Shown here: positions 49,901 to 61,339 of the stretch, in pieces
Layout: every line of letters starts with the position of its first letter
How positions within the stretch are numbered: position 1 is the first letter of the stretch
Source: Azolla caroliniana
Taxonomy: Eukaryota > Plantae > Polypodiophyta
DNA length: 64,000 nt
Reading direction: 5' to 3'
Assembly (NCBI GenBank): GCA_043228905.1
Contig: JBHGNT010000013.1
Location: 3,038,001 to 3,102,000 of the forward strand
Program-made: the position numbers and the translations under genes
Notes under the pieces: generated by a model
The model's database searches: none
Told to the model about the DNA's origin: nothing
Seen by the model: the letters and a program-made list of their open reading frames with translations, nothing else

Positions 49901-51313
49901 TCTTCCTTCCTACCGGTTGGCACCGATACCGGCTCCTCAAGTCTCCTCGCCGAAACCGGCCTTGACCCCGACGAGCTTTCGTCGCTCCAATCGCGCCGTT
50001 TGTCGAAACGGCTGCAGACCCGTTTTACCATGGCCTAGTCTGTCGTGAGCCCTTTGTCCGTTTCCAATAGGGGACCCACCTTTTTCCTGTCGAGCGCGTC
50101 CACCGACTTGACAAACAGTAGTACTCGACTCGTTTCGAGCACGGTCCGGTCAAGCGTTGACAACTGCGCGAACCGTTTTTCGAACTCCTGGAGGAGCGTC
50201 GACGTGTTCCTCCCTTTTCCGAGGCTTTCCACCCACGCCATTAAGTCCCGCCTCGACAGCCGAAGCGAGTCGTCAAACCAGTACTTCTCAAGGAGCTGCA
50301 ACTCGAACTCCTCCCAAGTCTGCCATCCGGCTAGCACCTCGAGCACTTCCAAGTGGATGCTCGGCGTCACCACCCGAGGCAATCCGGACAGCCGCCTGTC
50401 CACTGGGATTTCCCTCATGATCATTTCGGCCCGGTAAGCCTCCAAATAACTTGTGGCGTTTTTCCCTCCGAACCGGCCTATAGTGTCAACGATCGATTCA
50501 ATGGCTCTATCGAGGGTACCCATCCCCTCACGAGCCGGTCAACGGCTACCACCATCGCCTCTGCTAGCTCCAACCCCCTCATCTTTCGACTCCTTTGCCG
50601 CCTCTTCACGTCGGGTTCACCAAATGTGTCGCGTTGTTACGTGCGCGTGTGTAGAAAGAGGCAAGACCACGGGTGCCTTGAACCAAGGAGAGAGAGAGAG
50701 AGAGAGAAGAGAAGTCTTGCAGATACGCAACAGGGAGAAGGAAACAGTAACAAACGGCACACTTAATTACAGTAACAGTAGATTACAATATTCAGAGATT
50801 GCAAACTATGACGATTACAACCGGCACGGCGGCGATGGACCCGACACGGGGATCCTACTCACGCACATAGACAGAACACACTCGACTCAAAGAAACAAAA
50901 ACAAGGGGAGAGCCTCTGTTGGAAGCGCATGGGCTGTCCACGAAGCAGAGGCAGCGAACTCCAGACCCCACAGAGACCGATGATCGAAGGAGAAGAGAGA
51001 GCTCAGCACTCAGATTTGCAGTAGCACTTCGTCGTCCCCAACGCACGATATTTTCTTCTTCCTTCTCTCCCTCCTTAAATAGTTCCCCGAAAGGGGGTGC
51101 CCCTTTTCTCCCTAGTCAAACTGCTTTATTTCCTGTCCCTTTCGACAGAGATACGCACAAAATCCCCTAATAAATGTGCACTACCTAGTATTTACATCAA
51201 TCGGCCTAATTACGAATTATGTACAAAATATCAATCCTCGCGTCCACCCATGTAAGAGCTGGTTCATGCGCCTTTTTCTCCGATTTCGCCTATGGCTAGT
51301 TTTCTTCACGACA
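46943..51313 (-). mobile_element. 5' half of Ty3/Gypsy element G2 (5' LTR 50627-51313, PBS-Trp, gag, CCHC, protease, RT)
   Basis: PBS TGGTGAACCCGACGTGA at 50622-50606; gag GRFGGKNATSYLEAY; CMWCDAIGHIQKDC; protease LVDHGSEINL; RT paralogous to G1. Confidence 0.92.
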
Positions 51314-54300
51314 ACGCGCGTAATAACGCGACATATTTGGTGAACCCGACGTGAAGGGTGGCAAGGGAGAATGGAGCTAGAAGAAGATGACTTCGCGCAA
51401 CTTTTTGTCGAAGCGGTGAGGGTGTTTGGACGGGCAACATCAAGACAAGAGTCAGCGCAACAAGCGGTTGAGCGAGTGGTCGAAAGAGTCGGCCGTTTCA
51501 ACGGGGACAAGGTCCCATTTTACTTGGAAGCCTACAACGCGGAAATGGAAGTGTGTGGCGTAGACGAGGCATTGAGGTTGGAGTTCTTCTATCGGGCCAT
51601 AGCTGTCCGGATGCATGCGGTAGTAAAGGAGCTCCATGAAGCTCATAGTTCGTGGGAGGCCTTTGAAGAGGCGCTCCTGAAGGCATACGGAGGGCAGCCG
51701 AAAGGCCAGGGAAGGCGTAACTTCGACCAATGGATATTGTCGGCAAAGAACCACTGGGGCGCGATGAAGGCGTTTAAGGAGTTCGATCAACGCTTTACTC
51801 GGCTCCCAGAGCGGGAACAAAGATTGGTGGGGGTGGACAAGGTCCTGTTGTTCGTTAAGTCAATCGACCAAGTGGAACGGGAGGCCATCGTGATTGAGCT
51901 CGAAGACGAGGACGGAGCGAATGGCCTCACCGAGGACTGGTCGAAGGTCGGAAGGGTGTGCCAATGGCTAGATGACGAGCGACCCGAGAAGGCTAAGAGG
52001 AAGGCGCGCAATGGCGTGCCATCACAGCGGGAAGAGGTCGAACGGCAAAGAGAGTCGGCAAGGGTCGGTGTTGGGGCCAGGATTGCAGAGGCGTACGCAG
52101 CTCTCGAGGCGATGCTCGAGGAAGAGGAAAGATTGAGGCCGCAAGCCGAGAGTGAGGAGACGGACTTGCCCCACGCGATGGCGGAAGACCGGTACCACGG
52201 TACCACGGGAGAGGCCAAGGACGGAGGTGGCACGGAAAGATCGACATTCCGATTCAGATGGAGCATGATCCAAAAGACCAGGGACGGGCTATAGAGCCCG
52301 ATTGGTAGGGCTCGGTTCGGTACAATAGTGTCGGCGCGGAAGAGGGTGCGAAACAAATCTCCCTCTTTTACATGAGGACACAAGCTGGCCAAGCGAAGGC
52401 CGCAAATCGGGAAGCTAGCGATCGAGGTTGCGGAGAGAGACCAATAGGTTTCGGACACCGCTGCCCGAAACTCCGGACATTGGAGAATCAAGTGCAGGCG
52501 ACACTTGATCGATCAAAGTCTAGAGGCTTCTCACCGAAAGTGCTTGGGGAGCGGTAACCCGAACGAGTGTCCGCAAATCATTACGGGACGGAAACACCAC
52601 GTCTTATCTAGAGACTCAGGCAGCCGGCAACGAGCGCCAATGTGAGACCTGGAGAGATGGGAGATGGAGGCGGGTACCCGAGAAGGAGAGCAACGACGAG
52701 TTCGGGAGAAGTACGAAGGATGAAGAGGAGAACGAAGACCGGTCCTACGGAGATCCTCACACCGATCCGGTTGTCAGACCAAGTGCCGGCGTGAGTCCAA
52801 TAGGAGAGGTTGGTGGCGGGACCCGACAATCCAGAGAATGACGGACGAGAACCGGGCGGATCGGACTTCCGCATAACCATTCCGGGAGGGAGGAAGAGGA
52901 GGACTACGAAGAGGCTGGGGACACGGTACGTCAGTACCACGGGAGAGGGTGTGGTGCGAGCCACCCTCTCGGCTTGCGAAAGAAGGAAGACCCAGGATAA
53001 GGGTCAGAGATATGATGAGCCCGAGGAGGATCCTTCACACCGGTTCTAGAGACTCCGGCGGTCGGCCCGAGAGCCGGCGTGAGGCCTAGAGTGATGATCG
53101 GTGGCGGCGAGGGGACGAAGGCAAAGAACTGCGGATGGGCGGTTTTCGAAGATCCTCACACCGATTCGGCTGTCGGCCCGAGTGCCGGCGTGAGTTCTAT
53201 AGGAAAGGACGGTGGCGGCAGGTGAACGCGACCAGCCGAAGAGGTCGATGCGGAGGACAAAGGAGACAAGCGGCGGTGCCGCGACCTTACACACACCGGC
53301 CCTAGAGGCTCTGACGGTTGGCCCGAGTGCCAGCATGAGACCTAGAGCGACGGGCGGTGACGGCGGCAAGGCGGGCAAACCGAGGTCCCACGAAGATCCT
53401 CACACCGATCCGGCTGTCGGCCCGTGTGTCGGCGTGAGTCCTATAGGAGAGGACGATGGCGGTAGGTGAACGTGATCGGACGACGGAAGCAGAGAAAGAA
53501 GGTATCAGGCCGGCGAGGTGGCTACAAACCGAATCGGACCTACCGACAAGGTCAGTGGGCATAAGGAAGTCCAGTCCTACGGGATCCCCACACCAAACCA
53601 GAGACTTCGGCAGTTCGGCCAACGTGGCAACATGAGACCGAGAGAGAAGGTTGGCGGCGGCGGGAAACGGGACCCGGCAACACGAAGGCGGGACCCGGCT
53701 ACGCGAAAGACACGAGGAGAGTCGCAAAGGATTCCGACAAAAGACACCCAAATTTCAGCAAGCAGAGAAACGGAGTCCGGTCCTATGGGACCCTCACACC
53801 GATCCGGAGACTCCGGCAGTTCGGCCAACGTGGCAACGCGAGACCTAGGGAGAAGGACGGTGGCGGCAGGGAACGGAACCCGGCGACACGAGATACCGGA
53901 TCGGGAGTCGGTAAGACGGGTGCAGACGAAGTGCGAAACCCTTACCGGCCGGTTACGGTTTCGGAAGTAGCCGGTATGGGCAAACACGGGGAGGTGTGTC
54001 AGGCCGGAAAGGCACACCTGGGACGGAACAAGAGTCTCGCAAGTGGCCATCGCGGGCCGGATCGAAGCGTGACTATGGGATGGTGTTCGGCACGGGTGGT
54101 GCCGAACAAAGGAAGCGGAACGCGGCACACGGAGGTGTCGGAGCATAAAGGCGAGCGCGAAGAATGGGTTGCATGGTTCGGAGGTCGCGCGTAGAAGACC
54201 GGAGAAGGATCCTCCACACCATTCCGAAGACCTTGGCGGTCCGAGCCGACGTGGTGACGTAAGACCAAGGAGAAGGGAGGTGGCAACGAGGGGACGAAGG

Positions 54301-54559
54301 CAGTGGGAAACAACGCGGGACGACAATCAGGACCACGCGAATGGTCGACAGAGGCTAGGCGGGCTACTACGGGTGTTCCTCAAGCGGAGGACATCGGGCA
54401 TACGGCGGAGAGCGGAGAGCAGAGCGTGCATATGGCTGAACAAGGGCCAGCGGAAGTACGCGTACTACGGAGATCGCGGTGAGGGTCCCATCGATGGGTT
54501 GAACGAGCCTACGGGGAGGTAAGCGCGAAGGAAGAACCGAAACTGACGATTCAAACCGG
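51314..54559 (+). mobile_element. Probable non-autonomous Gypsy derivative G3: LTR end, PBS-Trp, gag-like ORF (51371-52294), GC-rich degenerate repeats, no pol
   Basis: ..taacgcgaca ends at 51333; PBS 51338-51354; ORF RFNGDKVPFYLEAYNAEM..LLFVKSID is homologous to G2 gag; repeated gatcctcacaccgatccggctgtcggcccgagtgccggcgtgag motifs at 52750-54250. Confidence 0.75.
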
Positions 54560-56250
54560 TCATGAACTATGAGCTTCTTGGAGCTCCTTCACTTCCATGT
54601 GCATACGGACGACGACGACCCGACAAAAGAACTCCAGCCTCAACACCTCATCTACGTCTCGCTCCTCCATTTCTGCATTGTAGGCTTCCAAGTTGAATGT
54701 GACTTTGTCCCTGTTGAAATGACCGACTCTTTCGACCACTTGCTCAATAGCTTGTTGCGACGCTTCTCGTCTCACCACCACTCGTATGAACTCCAACACC
54801 ACTTCGGCCACCATCTCTGTGAAGTCATCATCTTCTAACTCCATCCTCCCTTGCTGCCCTTTCACGTCGGGTTCACCAAAGATTTCACGGTAGTCCGCGG
54901 GTATGTGTCGAAAGGGGCGGGACCACGGGGGTCTCAGACGAGGAAGAGATGGGTGTCGAGAAGCCGACTTCTCTCTAGTCCCATCTGCACCGGTTGTGGC
55001 GCAAACCGGACCGATTCCGGTTGCATACCAACGGCTACCAAACATGAGAGAAGGAGAGAGAGAGAGAGAGAGAGAGAAACCACACGGGCAACACCGACTC
55101 AACACACGCCTCTTATGTACAGGAAACAAAGGGAAAGAAACGCATCTGACACCAACAGAGACACAAATATGCACAACCTAATATATATATATTTACAAGA
55201 GCAAGATACAACTCCAGCTTTGAGCCGGACAGGTAGGTTAGGTTACAACAGCCAACTACTACCAAGCCGTCGACGTCTCACCACCACTCGTCTGAACTCC
55301 AACACCACTTCGTCCACCATCTCCGTGAAGTCATCGTCTTCTAACTCCATCCTCCCTTGCTGCCCTTTCACGTCGGGTTCACCAAAGATTTCGCGGTAGT
55401 TTGCGGGTATGTGTCGAAAGGGGCAGGACCACGGGGGTCTCAGACGAGGAAGAGATGGGTGTCGAGAAGCCGACTTCTCTCTAGTCCCAGCTGCACCGGT
55501 TGTGGCGCAAACCAGACCGATTCCGGTTGCATACCAGCGGCTACCAAACATGAGAGAAGGAGAGAGAGAGAGAGAGAAACCACGCGGGCAACACCGACTC
55601 AACACACGCCTCTTATGTACAGGAAACAAAGGGAAAGAAACGCATCTGACACCAACAGAGACACAAATATGCACAACCTGTTATATATATATTTACAAGA
55701 GCAAGATACAACTCCAGCTTTGAGCCGAATAGGTAGGTTAGTTCACAACAGCCGTCTACTACCAAGCCGCCGATCGGGGAGCTCTCGGGCTCGTCGCGAC
55801 GAGCGGGGTCTTGCACAGGAGACTGTGCAGAAGCAAACCCCACAGAACATACAAGCTCTTCACCAGACTAAACTCTAAATAGACACGAAGGAGAAGACGA
55901 AGTCGAAGAACCCTAACCGAAACAAGAAAGTAAGAAGAAGAAGAAGCTACCAAAATGAAACCCTAAACGAAATGGGGTGAAGAGGACCAAAGTAAAAACC
56001 CCAAGAAAGTAAGAATAAGATGAAGAGGAAGAACACTACCAAACCCTAAATACAACGGTATACCCTCCTAACTCAAAATGGGCAACCCTTTTACAAGGGA
56101 CCCTCCCTTCCTTTTATAGCACAAGGAGGGAGGTGCATAACATGGGGGATAAATCCCGATTTACATGGGATTCTCTGTCCCGACTTAACTCCTACTCGGT
56201 GCCATAAAGGCACCCCTATCACCTACACCATTTGTACAAGGTTGAGTACA
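54560..56250 (-). mobile_element. 5' part of a G3-like element G4 (gag start, PBS-Trp twice, LTR)
   Basis: MELEDDDFTEMV..HFNRDKVTFNLEAYNAEM; PBS copies at about 54862-54878 and 55368-55384; TATA gctataaaagg (minus) near 56110-56120. Confidence 0.75.
54768..55773. repeat. 506-bp direct tandem duplication spanning gag start, PBS and LTR 3' end of G4
   Basis: cgtctcaccaccactcgt at 54768 and 55274; highly similar copies. Confidence 0.92.
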
Positions 56251-56251
56251 C

Positions 56252-58639
56252 ATGCTCCACCCCGCCGATTCTTCCGACATCCCCTGGTTTCTCACCATGG
56301 CCCGGAATCTTCACAACACCGCGCAAGCCCATTGCACACATGGGGGCCCCAATGAGTTTTTCGGTAATCTGGCCCATTTCCTCCTAGAATTCGTTTGTGT
56401 ACATGCAAACGGATACAACATGCCCAAGAAGAAGGCTGACCTCATCATCACGGCATATCGAGGCGACGCCATCGATTGGGGCATCATAATCGGGGAAGGA
56501 ATTGTGCCGCAATATCCACTTTTCAAACATGTAAACGATTCTTGCCTGCCTTAGCACATCACTTAGCCGTGCTTTACTCCCCCCTCCCCCAAACCCTGGC
56601 AACACCCGACCGACCCTTTGCTCTCCCCACCTTAACCACCCAGGCGAAAAAGCAACGAACTATACAACTAACTCAAGAGGCATGGGAAGGCGACACACTT
56701 GTCCGCACCCCTACCTCACCACGGCCGAGGCCCGAGCCAAAAACCTAGGACGCCATAAACAACATCACTATCCAGGGGAGCGAAAAACCAAAACCCTTTG
56801 CACCAATCATATCTTCCCAACGGCCCTTGCCCAGTCTACGCCCCGAACACCGAGAAGAGACATTGAAGACCGCTGCGGATACTAATCGGTCAACGGTACA
56901 ACAAACAAAGCGGCCTCATGACGAACTCGTGGCACCAAAGACGAGCCCCGCCGGCTCCATCGTTGCAGTGAAGAACAAACTACCGAGGACTCCGAAGACC
57001 GAAGACCGACAGCTGGTCGTAGTGCCGGATAAGGCAATTGCGGTCATTATCACTAATACTTTAACCCTAACCGAACATACTAAGCAAGGGTAAAATTCCC
57101 GATTCTCGGAGGAAGTCCTGACCTTCAAGGACTTGCCGGCGGAATCTTATGAGCTTGGCGTCATTTTGCAACACATCACAACATACGAGCTTATATGTTT
57201 CCTTGCTCGCTTCCAAGTTGCGGCTCCGTCCCGAATGGATGAGGATCACCCTGAGCAACAAATAGTCAAGCGAGCATTGGTAAACGAGCTTGAATCTGAT
57301 GACGAGCCAAAGTTACAAAAAGTCAGCCGATGACGCGTCACCAAAAAACCTCGCACATGCATTGAGCTACCCAAGCTCAACACGGCGTTGGTCGAAGTTT
57401 ACCGCAAATTGGCGAAAACTACCCGCGCGGCCAAATATATGGCAGTTAGCAACAAACAAGCATGCAAACAAGCAAAAACGACCACAGAGTTATGGCAAGC
57501 TTTTGAGAACCACCTCACCTAGCTTGAGCAATGGCTCCGAATAACTGGGGACTCTACCTCGCTCGCCCTACCACCCCCATATCCAACCCTCTCGAGGTGT
57601 CGACCCAAACAGACCCAACCAATCCCCCCGAGTGGGTGGATATGTCCATCCAGATCAATGACACCACCAACGCGCTATCAGCTGACAACCAAACCCGCAA
57701 TTACGAAGAGGAGGTCGTGGTCCAAACGGCAATTGCGAACAAAGCCAAGGAATGATATGAAAAGGCTAAAGTAGAGGTTGACCAACTAAAGGAGCAAGCA
57801 AGAGAAGAGAGAAGCCAAGCTCCAATAATTGCTCAATGACAGAACGGCCTAACTTCAGGCAATAGAACAGAAAGCCGAGGAGGAGCATCAACATGCACTT
57901 CGCGTAAAAGCAGAAGAGCTCGTCACTCTACAAAACAAGCACAACGAACTCGAGAAAGACTTCAATCAGTAGCAGATAGCGTTAGAAGAAGCAACCACAG
58001 ACAAATATGTATTGTCTGAAAAAATGTCATGAGTTGCAAAAAGACCTCGACAAGCAAAAAAAGAGTACATCGCGGAGTAGCTGAAACTACAAATAAACTG
58101 AGCACGGTCATCAAGTCGTATGAAATCGCCAAAATCCAATCACAGTTAGAGGCCAAGCAAGCAAAAGAAGAACTGCAAACCCTACAGGCTAAAGATGAAA
58201 TGATCAAAACACGCATCCGAGCCCTCGTCCTCAAACATTGGTCGAAGCTTAATCAAAAGGTCGAGGAGACTCTAGCCCACAGGTGGAAAGAATGGTTGGT
58301 TTAAGCACGCACACCACGACAATCGGGGGGCCTCCTTGAGGAATTCAATGACAACCAGATGTTGCTAATGCTCGAAACCGAACGTGCATTCAAGGAACCA
58401 GCCCAAGGATGGCACTAGAACCAAAGCAAACGCAGGAGTATACCACAGAGCAGGAGTCCTCGACCCCACCAACTATGATGGAAACTAGCGAATGTTTCGG
58501 CCGCGATACACACCAAGCAGATCCCACATGACGAGCCGACACCTCCGTTGGACAACACGACACTATAGCGCCCACAACTGAGGAGATGACCATGCTCCCA
58601 CCTTCCGAGCACATCCTCGACATTGTGGAAGAAAATTGA
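56252..58639 (+). pseudogene. Disrupted long extra ORF (unknown N-terminal domain plus coiled coil), probably the additional ORF of element T1
   Basis: Chain of broken + ORFs: FFGNLAHFLLEFVCVH..IITAYRGDAIDWGIIIGEG, a Pro/Thr-rich linker, K/E/Q-rich heptads, ending DIVEEN-TGA at 58639. Confidence 0.55.
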
Positions 58640-61330
58640 TTAGGGAAGCAATTGTAGTTTATGTTAGGGCATGGAGATTTGGCAGTTTGTGAGAGCTTGC
58701 CACACAAGGTCGTCGTCATGTGCCCCGGTAGGTTGAGAGGAAGCTGAGGGACCGATAGTGATATCATTCATCTCCGTCTGCATTCTCTCGGTATTTGCCT
58801 GATTAGCAGTGTCGACCCATTTTTTGGCAGCCTACCGGACTTCGTCTTGAATTTCCCATTGTGTTTTATCGGCTTTGCTTTGAATTGTGACCCGTTGAAC
58901 ATCTACCATAATGGTGTTTATGACAGGTGCTTTACCTCGATCGTTTGTCGGGCATTGAGTGGCGTAATGCCCTAGTTAGTTGCAGTTAAAGCATGTTACT
59001 AGTGTCCGAGTTGTTGGATTCCCCTTGCGCAAGTTGGGATATTTGATTTTGTGAGGGATGATCTTCTCGGGCCAGCAAGGCGTAGGTTTGGGCACGGGGA
59101 GCGTTTTCCCGAGACTCGGGCAAGGGGTGTCATCGATTATCGGTGCGCAAAGGGTCTTGGCGACGGTTGTCGAAGGGTCGTCGATTATTGCCCGAGTCTC
59201 GGGGACCGCGATTATTATAGGGAGGCCATTGGTTGTGACGTGGATACCTCAGTTCGTATAGTCATCTCGGTCGTAATTCGGATGATAGCGGTCATCGCAA
59301 TATCGGTAGCGATCGTCCTAGGGTCGAGGTCGATTATCTAGGTGATAGCACGGCTCCTCAGGTCGGTATTGGTTATCTCGGCGTTAACGATCCAGCTCGG
59401 ATCGGTAACTGTCGTCTTGGGGATGCCAATCGTCATACCAAGGCCGTTCAGCGTCCCTATTCCGTGGTGGAGGAAGGTCATCTTGTTGAGGGAGATCAAG
59501 GTGTGGCTTAATTTGTCGTACAAGAACCGAGGCAGTACGGTTGAGCATGTTGTACTCACATTGCTCAACCGTATGTACTCGAGAATGGCAGATAGAGCAA
59601 TGAAGCTGAAGAGGGAAATCCACGACCGAGTGGCCGGAATTGGAACAAGTTGTGTATTGCAGCGCCTGCCGAAACTGGGTTTCTTCGTGTGTTGGTAAGG
59701 CATTTTGGAGGGAGCCCATCGAGAAGGAATTACTATAGTGAGCTCTGTCCAAGGCTAAGACTCGAGCGACCACATGTTCGATGGTTTGTTGTGAAAAATC
59801 CGTTACGGCAAGCGTAGTTCAGAGAGGCTCTCGGAGTCTGGCAAGGAATGTGTCTTTCAAATGATTTGCCAATACGTTGTCGTGAAGAAAACCGTCCCCA
59901 GGCGCAAACCGTGTATAGCATGTGTGAACCGGCCCTTACACGTGGGCACGCCCCTTGTTGTACAGTAGATAGGTAGCAATATTCTATAGGGAGAATCGAG
60001 GAGTATCTCTGTCCGAAAGGATAGAGAATTAATGTGATGTAAACGGGTAAGACGGCCTCCCTCCTTGAGCTATAAAAGAGAGGGAGACGGGGAGAAAAAA
60101 GAAAAAGGCTAGAAGGAACGGAGTGCTGTCGAACTGGGACCGAGCTCTTCTTCTCTGTCGTTCTCCATAGCTTTCTTTTGCGCAGGTTCTCAGGAGGCTG
60201 ATTCTACTCCGTGGAACGCCCGTGTGCTTCCGGCAGAATCTCCATCTTGCTCTCCTGTGTGCATGGGTGATCAGGCGTCGGCATCCACCTCGCCGACCTG
60301 ATCGGCTGTAATCGTTCGAGTCGTCTGCATACATACAAATACATGCCTATATTTACATACATACTCTAGTGTTCTCAACTCGTGTCTCCTGTGTTGTTGT
60401 GTCGTGTCCCCGTGCGCTTCTTTGTCTATACGTGAGTGATCTCTCTCTCTCTCTCTCTCTTTCCTCACCTATTCCTCGGTCTAAGACCCCAGTGGTCCCG
60501 CCTTGTTCTCCACGCACGCATGTAACAACGCGACAATGTCTTGTGCGAGTTGTCGATAGAGGTCCTGAAATCGGTGTGTGAACTAGGAAACCGTTTCATT
60601 CGGTTCCTAGGCAATGGTGTAGAACTCGTGGAGCAGTTCGCGCTTTGGGATCTCCCAGTGGAATAGTTCGAGGAAGCGGGTACGGACATCTTGAAATGTT
60701 GTAAACTCCCTAGGGTCGTGGCGGGAGTACCACCGTGTGGCGGGTCCGTCCAGAGAGAGGGTGAACTCGGCGATTCTGGAGGCGTCGACCTCCGTAGTGG
60801 TGAGACATTGTGTCGAATGGTTGGGTTTCCAAGTAGATAGAAAAGAGCGGAGGTGAGCTTCCGCATTGGAGCTATACGTATAGCGGGGATACGAGTAAGG
60901 CATGGTGTCGAAGTTTGGGTCTTCTAGTAATGCCGGAAAGGGGTTGAACTCGGCTTGGGTAACTTCTGTAGGACTCGGAGGTGCGGCGAGGTTAGAGCCT
61001 ATGTGTGACTGTGTGTCTGGGGCCACGACTGGTGAGTGGTGCGACTCCGAGGGCTTCGGAGATGATTGTTGTGTGAGCGTGGAGTTGGCAGTTTCCTCGG
61101 CTGGCTCGACGCGGTGGGAGGGTAGCCGAGAACGCATGGTGTGATTGGGCGCCGTAATGGCGATTGGGGTTTCCACCTACGTTGTTCGTTGTATTGCACA
61201 ACGTGAACTAGGCGTGCCAAATTGTGTTGTCTCTGCTCGGAGATAACACCTTCGATTACTTCTAAGGTAATCAGGTCAAGGGGTTGTGGTACATAGTGGT
61301 GGACAAGGAACCCGAGATTCACAACTAATT
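58640..61330 (-). mobile_element. 5' part of Tat/OTA-type Gypsy T1: truncated 5' LTR, PBS-Arg, gag with CCHC
   Basis: PBS TGGCACGCCTAGT at 61219-61207; gag AEFTLSLDGPATRWY..FLELF; CSICHSRVHTVEQC; CFNCN..GHY; DDLVWQALTNCQISM near 58670-58730. Confidence 0.8.
59878..60535 (+). mobile_element. Solo LTR (658 bp) of the G1/G2 Trp-primed family inserted in T1 gag
   Basis: TGTCGTGAAGAAAACC...TAACAACGCGACA; TSD ACGT/ATGT; TATA gctataaaag near 60069. Confidence 0.9.
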
Positions 61331-61339
61331 ATTGCGGTT

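Noticed and set aside
41911-51317. One full-length Gypsy bounded by matching ACGC flanks
   Set aside because: The LTRs differ in length and sequence (616 vs 687 bp), RT occurs twice, and the two flanks belong to different hosts (Copia vs Gypsy LTR). The match is better explained by CpG target preference.
36970-54522. Numerous overlapping short ORFs antisense to gag-pol
   Set aside because: They are expected shadows of GC-rich coding sequence, with no recognisable domains.
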